Under the pieces are notes generated by a model. It was not told where the DNA came from, did not search any database, and was given only the letters and a program-made list of their open reading frames with translations. Made by a program: the position numbers and the translations under genes. From assembly GCA_021818615.1 (NCBI GenBank), contig JAKATT010000136.1, positions 37,981 to 101,980 on the forward strand: DNA of 64,000 bases, written 5' to 3'. This document shows, in pieces, positions 60,564-64,000 of this stretch (its first letter is position 1; the number at the start of each line of letters is the position of its first letter). The DNA is from Actinomycetes bacterium (lineage in GTDB: Bacteria > Actinomycetota > Acidimicrobiia > Acidimicrobiales > Bog-793).

Positions 60564-61459
60564 GACTTCCTCGCCCCCGAGCGCGACCAGCTCTACCTGC
60601 TCCCGCCGTCGATCGCCGACTGGCTCCCCGAGGACCACCTCGCCTTCTTCATCCTCGACGCGGCGGAGGAGATGGACCTCTCCCCCTTCTACGGCGACTA
60701 CCGCCAAGACGGCTGGGGAGGCGCCGCCCACCATCCGAAGGCGATGGTGGCGCTGCTCGTCTACGCGTACTGCGTGGGCGTGCGCTCGTCTCGCCAGATC
60801 GAGCGCGCCTGTTACATCGACGTCGCCTTCAGGGTGATCTGCGCCGGGCTGTTCTTGGACCACACGACGATCGCCCGCTTCCGGAGCCGCCACGAGCAGG
60901 CGTTGAAGCACGTGTTCTCTTCGTCGCTCCGGCTGTGCCAGCGCGCCGGGATGGCCAAGGTCGGCCTCGTTGCCTTGGACGGCACCAAGATGGCGGCCAA
61001 CGCCTCGATGCAGGCGAATCGCACCAAGGAGACCATCGACCAAGAGGTCGAGAAGATCTTCGCCGAGGCAGCCGCCACCGACGACGCCGAGGATGCGACG
61101 TTCGGCACCGAACGAGGAGACGAGCCACGCGCAACATGAAGAACAACCCCGCCCCTCGCACCGTCCGGCGCGGCCCGCTCCGAAAGGACGCCACGATTGT
61201 CGAACAGATGGACCGCAAGGTGTCGAAGAAGGCCGGGCGTGCACTCTACCGTCGTCGCCAGCAGCTCATCGAACCTGTCTTCGGCCAGATCAAGGACGGA
61301 CGGGGCATCCGGGGCTTCATGCGAAGAGGCGAGGCTGCCTGCGACTCGGAGTGGAAGCTCATCTGCGGCACCCACAACCTCTTGAAGCTCTACCGTCGCG
61401 CCCGAGCCGAACCGTCGCTCACCCCGTTCAGCCGGATGGCCGTCAGGACCACCTGCTGA
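60564..61459 (+). pseudogene. IS1182-family (IS5-like) transposase remnant lacking start codon and central DDE region
   Basis: TAA immediately upstream. N-terminal part: LAPERDQLYLLPPSIADWLPEDHLAFF..RSSRQIERAC..DHTTIARFR..ALDGTKMAANAS. The frame then changes at about 61136 to the C-terminal tail YRRRQQLIEPVFGQIKDGRGIRGFMRRG..EWKLICGTHNLLKL. Confidence 0.65.
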
Positions 61460-61799
61460 TCGAAGGCGGCACACCCGACCTCACGGCCACCCAGCGCCTT
61501 CGGGGCAATCGGGCCCGAGGCTCACCTCTCGGCAGCTGCCGGCTGCTGTACGACCGCCACATCCGCGAGGGTTCTCGCAACAGGCTCGATAGGGGTCGAA
61601 ATAGCTGCGCGAGAATCGGCGCTAACGCCCGGAAGGGCTTTCCATCTCGGTGCTGCGATCTCTGCCTGACGAGACGACGAGCGAGGGATACGTGCGAGGG
61701 GTGGCCTGAACGGACTGTTCGAGGAGGCGGTGCAAGAGCATCCGTTGCTGCCGAGTGTGTTCTAGTGAAACGACTCATGCCGCACCTCTTTCGAGGTTC

Positions 61800-61860
61800 T
61801 TCGCCTGACGGTCGCCGTCAGGCGAACCGGAGGGGAGGATCCTTGAGTTCGCTCCCCTCC
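61800..61860. other. Two adjacent strong hairpins
   Basis: TTCGCCTGACGG-TCG-CCGTCAGGCGAA (12-bp stem, 61800-61826) and GGAGGGGAG-N14-CTCCCCTCC (9-bp stem, 61829-61860). They lie between IS remnants. Confidence 0.5.
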
Positions 61861-61990
61861 TCTGCCGCACTCACAGCCAGGAAGCGCAGGGCTCCGTCAT
61901 CGCGAGTTTCGGTGAGGCGGGCTCAATGGATCACTGCAACAGCGCTGAGCGCTGGTCACGATTGACCGGCACCGAGCGAAGGGGGTTGCA

Positions 61991-63123
61991 GTGGCCAGGC
62001 TGTCCGTCGAAGAGCGTGTCCAGATCCTGAGGTTCCACAAGCAGGGACTGCCCGTCCACCAGATCGCCAAGGAGATGAGCCGGTCGTGGTGGGCGGTGAA
62101 GGCGGTGGTGTGTTCCACCGTCGCCATCCAGGAGCGCCTGTACGCGCCCGGTCTGGGCCGGCTGTCGATGGCTGATCGGGAGGAGATCCGAGCCGGCATC
62201 GTCGCCGGGGAGACGTACACGGTCGTCACCAAACAACTCGGCCGGTCGGTGTCGACTATCTCCCGGGAGGTGGCGAAGAACGGCGGACGGGCCCACTACC
62301 GCGCTCATCGCGACCACCGGCGTGCCGCCCGCTGCGCACGTCGACCGAAGGTGGCGAAACTCGCCGGCCAGCCGGAGCTGCGGTCGACCGTCGAGGACAA
62401 CTTCGCCGCCCTCGTCACTGCAACCGATGGGTTCTGCGAGAAAGTCAACGCCCGGCCGCACACCGAGACGCGCCGTCCGCCGGCGCAGATGCTTCTCGAG
62501 GAGCGCTCCCGCATGCACGTGCTGCCCCGGGCGCCGTTCACCGCCGCGCTCTGTGAGACGCGCAGCGTGCGCGACGACCAGACCATCCGCTTCGGCTCGG
62601 TGCACTACTCGCTGCCCAAGCGCTGGGGGGTGCGGAGGAGTGGTGCCGGGTGCACGGCGATCAGCTCGTCGTCACCGGTGTGGGCGACGGCGGCATCGAG
62701 GAGGTCGTCCGCCACGAGCTGTCTGTCCCCGGCCATCCACGCATCCTCGACGAGCACTACCCGAACCAACCGAAGGGCAACGGGCCGCCGGTGCGCCCGC
62801 TTCGGTCCAGAAGCGACGCCGAGCGGGCCTTTGTCGCCTTGGGCGACGGCGCCGAGCGCTGGCTGCGCGAAGCGTGTGCCACCGGGGTGGCCCGCGTGCG
62901 GGCCAAGATGGCCGACGCGGTCGAGCTGGCCACCCTCGTCGGGCCGGAGGCCGTGGACCGGGCCCTCGGGGTCGCCGCGCTGGCCGGGCGCTTCGCCGAG
63001 GGGGACCTCGCCTCGATCGTCGAGCACCTGGCGCAGCGAGGCGCGGTGGAGGAGCTCGTGCACGCGGATGAGGCGCACTCGGCGCAGCCCGGCACCGGCA
63101 CCTGGGAGGGACTTGGACGATGA
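61991..63123 (+). pseudogene. Chimeric IS debris: IS30-type N-terminal HTH region joined to IS21 IstA C-terminal region (frameshifted)
   Basis: Frame absent from track (open to the window end). LSMADREEIRAGIVAGETYTVVTKQLGRSVSTISREVAKNGGRAHYRAHRDHRRAARCARRPKVAKL is IS30-like. ..FCEKVNARPHTETRRPPAQML..RDDQTIRFGSVHYSLP is IstA-like. After a frame change near 62630 it continues as ..ILDEHYPN..ALGVAALAGRF (62650-63123). Confidence 0.55.
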
Positions 63124-63256
63124 TCCACCCTCCGACGAAGACCAACGGACCGCTCGAGGACCACGAGCTCGCCGAGCTCGCCGAGCTGGTGCCCGAGCAC
63201 CTTCGCGTCCGTATCTCCTGGTGGTGGCTGCGCCTCGCGAATGTGGGAGACCGGCC

Positions 63257-64000
63257 GTGAAGGGGCCCGAGCCGCCTGAGCTTCCGGCTGAGCTCGTAGC
63301 CCTGCTGCGCCGCATGCGGCTTCCCTCTCTGCGTCAGGCTGCCCCCGAGATCTGCGCCACAGCCCGGGCCCAGCGCTGGGACCCCGCCGAGATGCTGAGG
63401 GTGCTGCTCGCAGAAGAGGTGGCCGGTCGCGACCGGGCCACCCGGGAACTGCGACGGTGCCGTGCCGGGCTTCCCAACGGCAAGACCTTCGACTCCTTCG
63501 ACCCGGCCCGCTCGACCATCCCCCGTCCTACCCAACGGGCCCTTCGCACCTTGGAGTGGGTGGGGCGGGCCGAGAACTTGGCCATCTGCGGGCCGAGCGG
63601 CACGGGCAAGAGCCACCTCACCGAAGCCATCGCCCACGCCGTGATCGACGCCGGCATGCGCGTGGCGTGGTTCAGCCTGGAGTCGCTCACCGACACCGTG
63701 GGCCGGGCCAAGGTCGACGCGTCGGTCACCAAGGTGGTGGCACGCATCTGCCGGGCGGAGAGACGGTGCGCTCGGCCCAGAACTCCACGGTCGTCGAACA
63801 TACGTGCGGGGTGTGACAGACGACGCCAAGAGATGATCTCCACGACAGACGGACAGCACCGGTCCCCGCGAGTGGAAGAGGCTCCAACTCACCCCAAAAA
63901 GAACCACATCTGCTGTCGACAGGCTCCTGCATCACGCACGTCTCGTGGCCACCGAGGGCCCCTCGCTGCGCCTGGAGGACGCCATGGCCGGCAAGGGGGT
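63257..64000 (+). pseudogene. istB: IS21-family IstB ATPase, disrupted; continues past window end
   Basis: LRRMRLPSLRQAAPEI..KTFDSFD..NLAICGPSGTGKSHL (Walker A) ..VVARICRA, then about 150 nt of unrelated sequence. The C-terminal AVDRLLHHARLVATEGPSLRL resumes in another frame at 63912. Confidence 0.7.

Noticed and set aside
33726-64000. Direct repeat of the tRNA-Pro 3' end (att site) delimiting an integrative element
   Set aside because: I looked for GGTTCGAATCCCGCC-like sequence downstream and did not see one within the window. By-eye absence is weak evidence, and the island may extend past nt 64,000.

Overview
This is a very GC-rich, actinobacterial-type chromosome segment (GC not computed; all family calls come from motifs I read by eye, with no searches run).

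Core region (nt 1-33,600). A compact, mostly minus-strand housekeeping block:
- a partial FliA/WhiG-type sigma factor and xerC
- an MtrA/MtrB-like two-component pair followed by a small GerMN lipoprotein
- rsfS-nadD, an LLM oxidoreductase and a class II DAHP synthase
- a secreted six-repeat protein
- a histidine phosphatase and a MoxR-VWA pair
- proA, an HD hydrolase, proB, obg, yqgE, rpmA-rplU and rne
- mreBCD-pbp2, ndk, folC, clpX, a single clpP, tig and a CaCA-type exchanger

Many junctions are ATGA/GTGA/TTGA overlaps.

Accessory region (33,652 to the window end). tRNA-Pro(TGG) at 33,652-33,725 marks a switch to about 30 kb of accessory DNA:
- an IS607-family element (serine-recombinase TnpA plus a TnpB broken by one frameshift)
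- decayed IS1634, IS1182, IS30::IS21 and IstB remnants
- a PadR/DUF5320-like/methyltransferase/ArsR/SHOCT operon
- a sulfur-trafficking module (ArsR-rhodanese fusion, cysteine desulfurase, DsrE-like, SQR-like)
- a tetrathionate-reductase-like (ttrBCA-order) molybdoenzyme operon with a divergent LuxR-type two-component system

Best candidate for something new. In the molybdoenzyme operon, the NrfD-type membrane anchor and the roughly 1,100-residue bis-MGD catalytic subunit form one 1,518-codon reading frame. They are joined through an internal twin-arginine motif that follows nine hydrophobic segments. The same operon continues into TorD-like, DUF3105 and atypical NRAMP genes.

The ORF track omits ORFs that run off the window edges (the sigma factor at nt 1-648 and the IS debris frame from 61,991) and ORFs under 60 aa. 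Most long antisense ORFs are GC-driven shadows.
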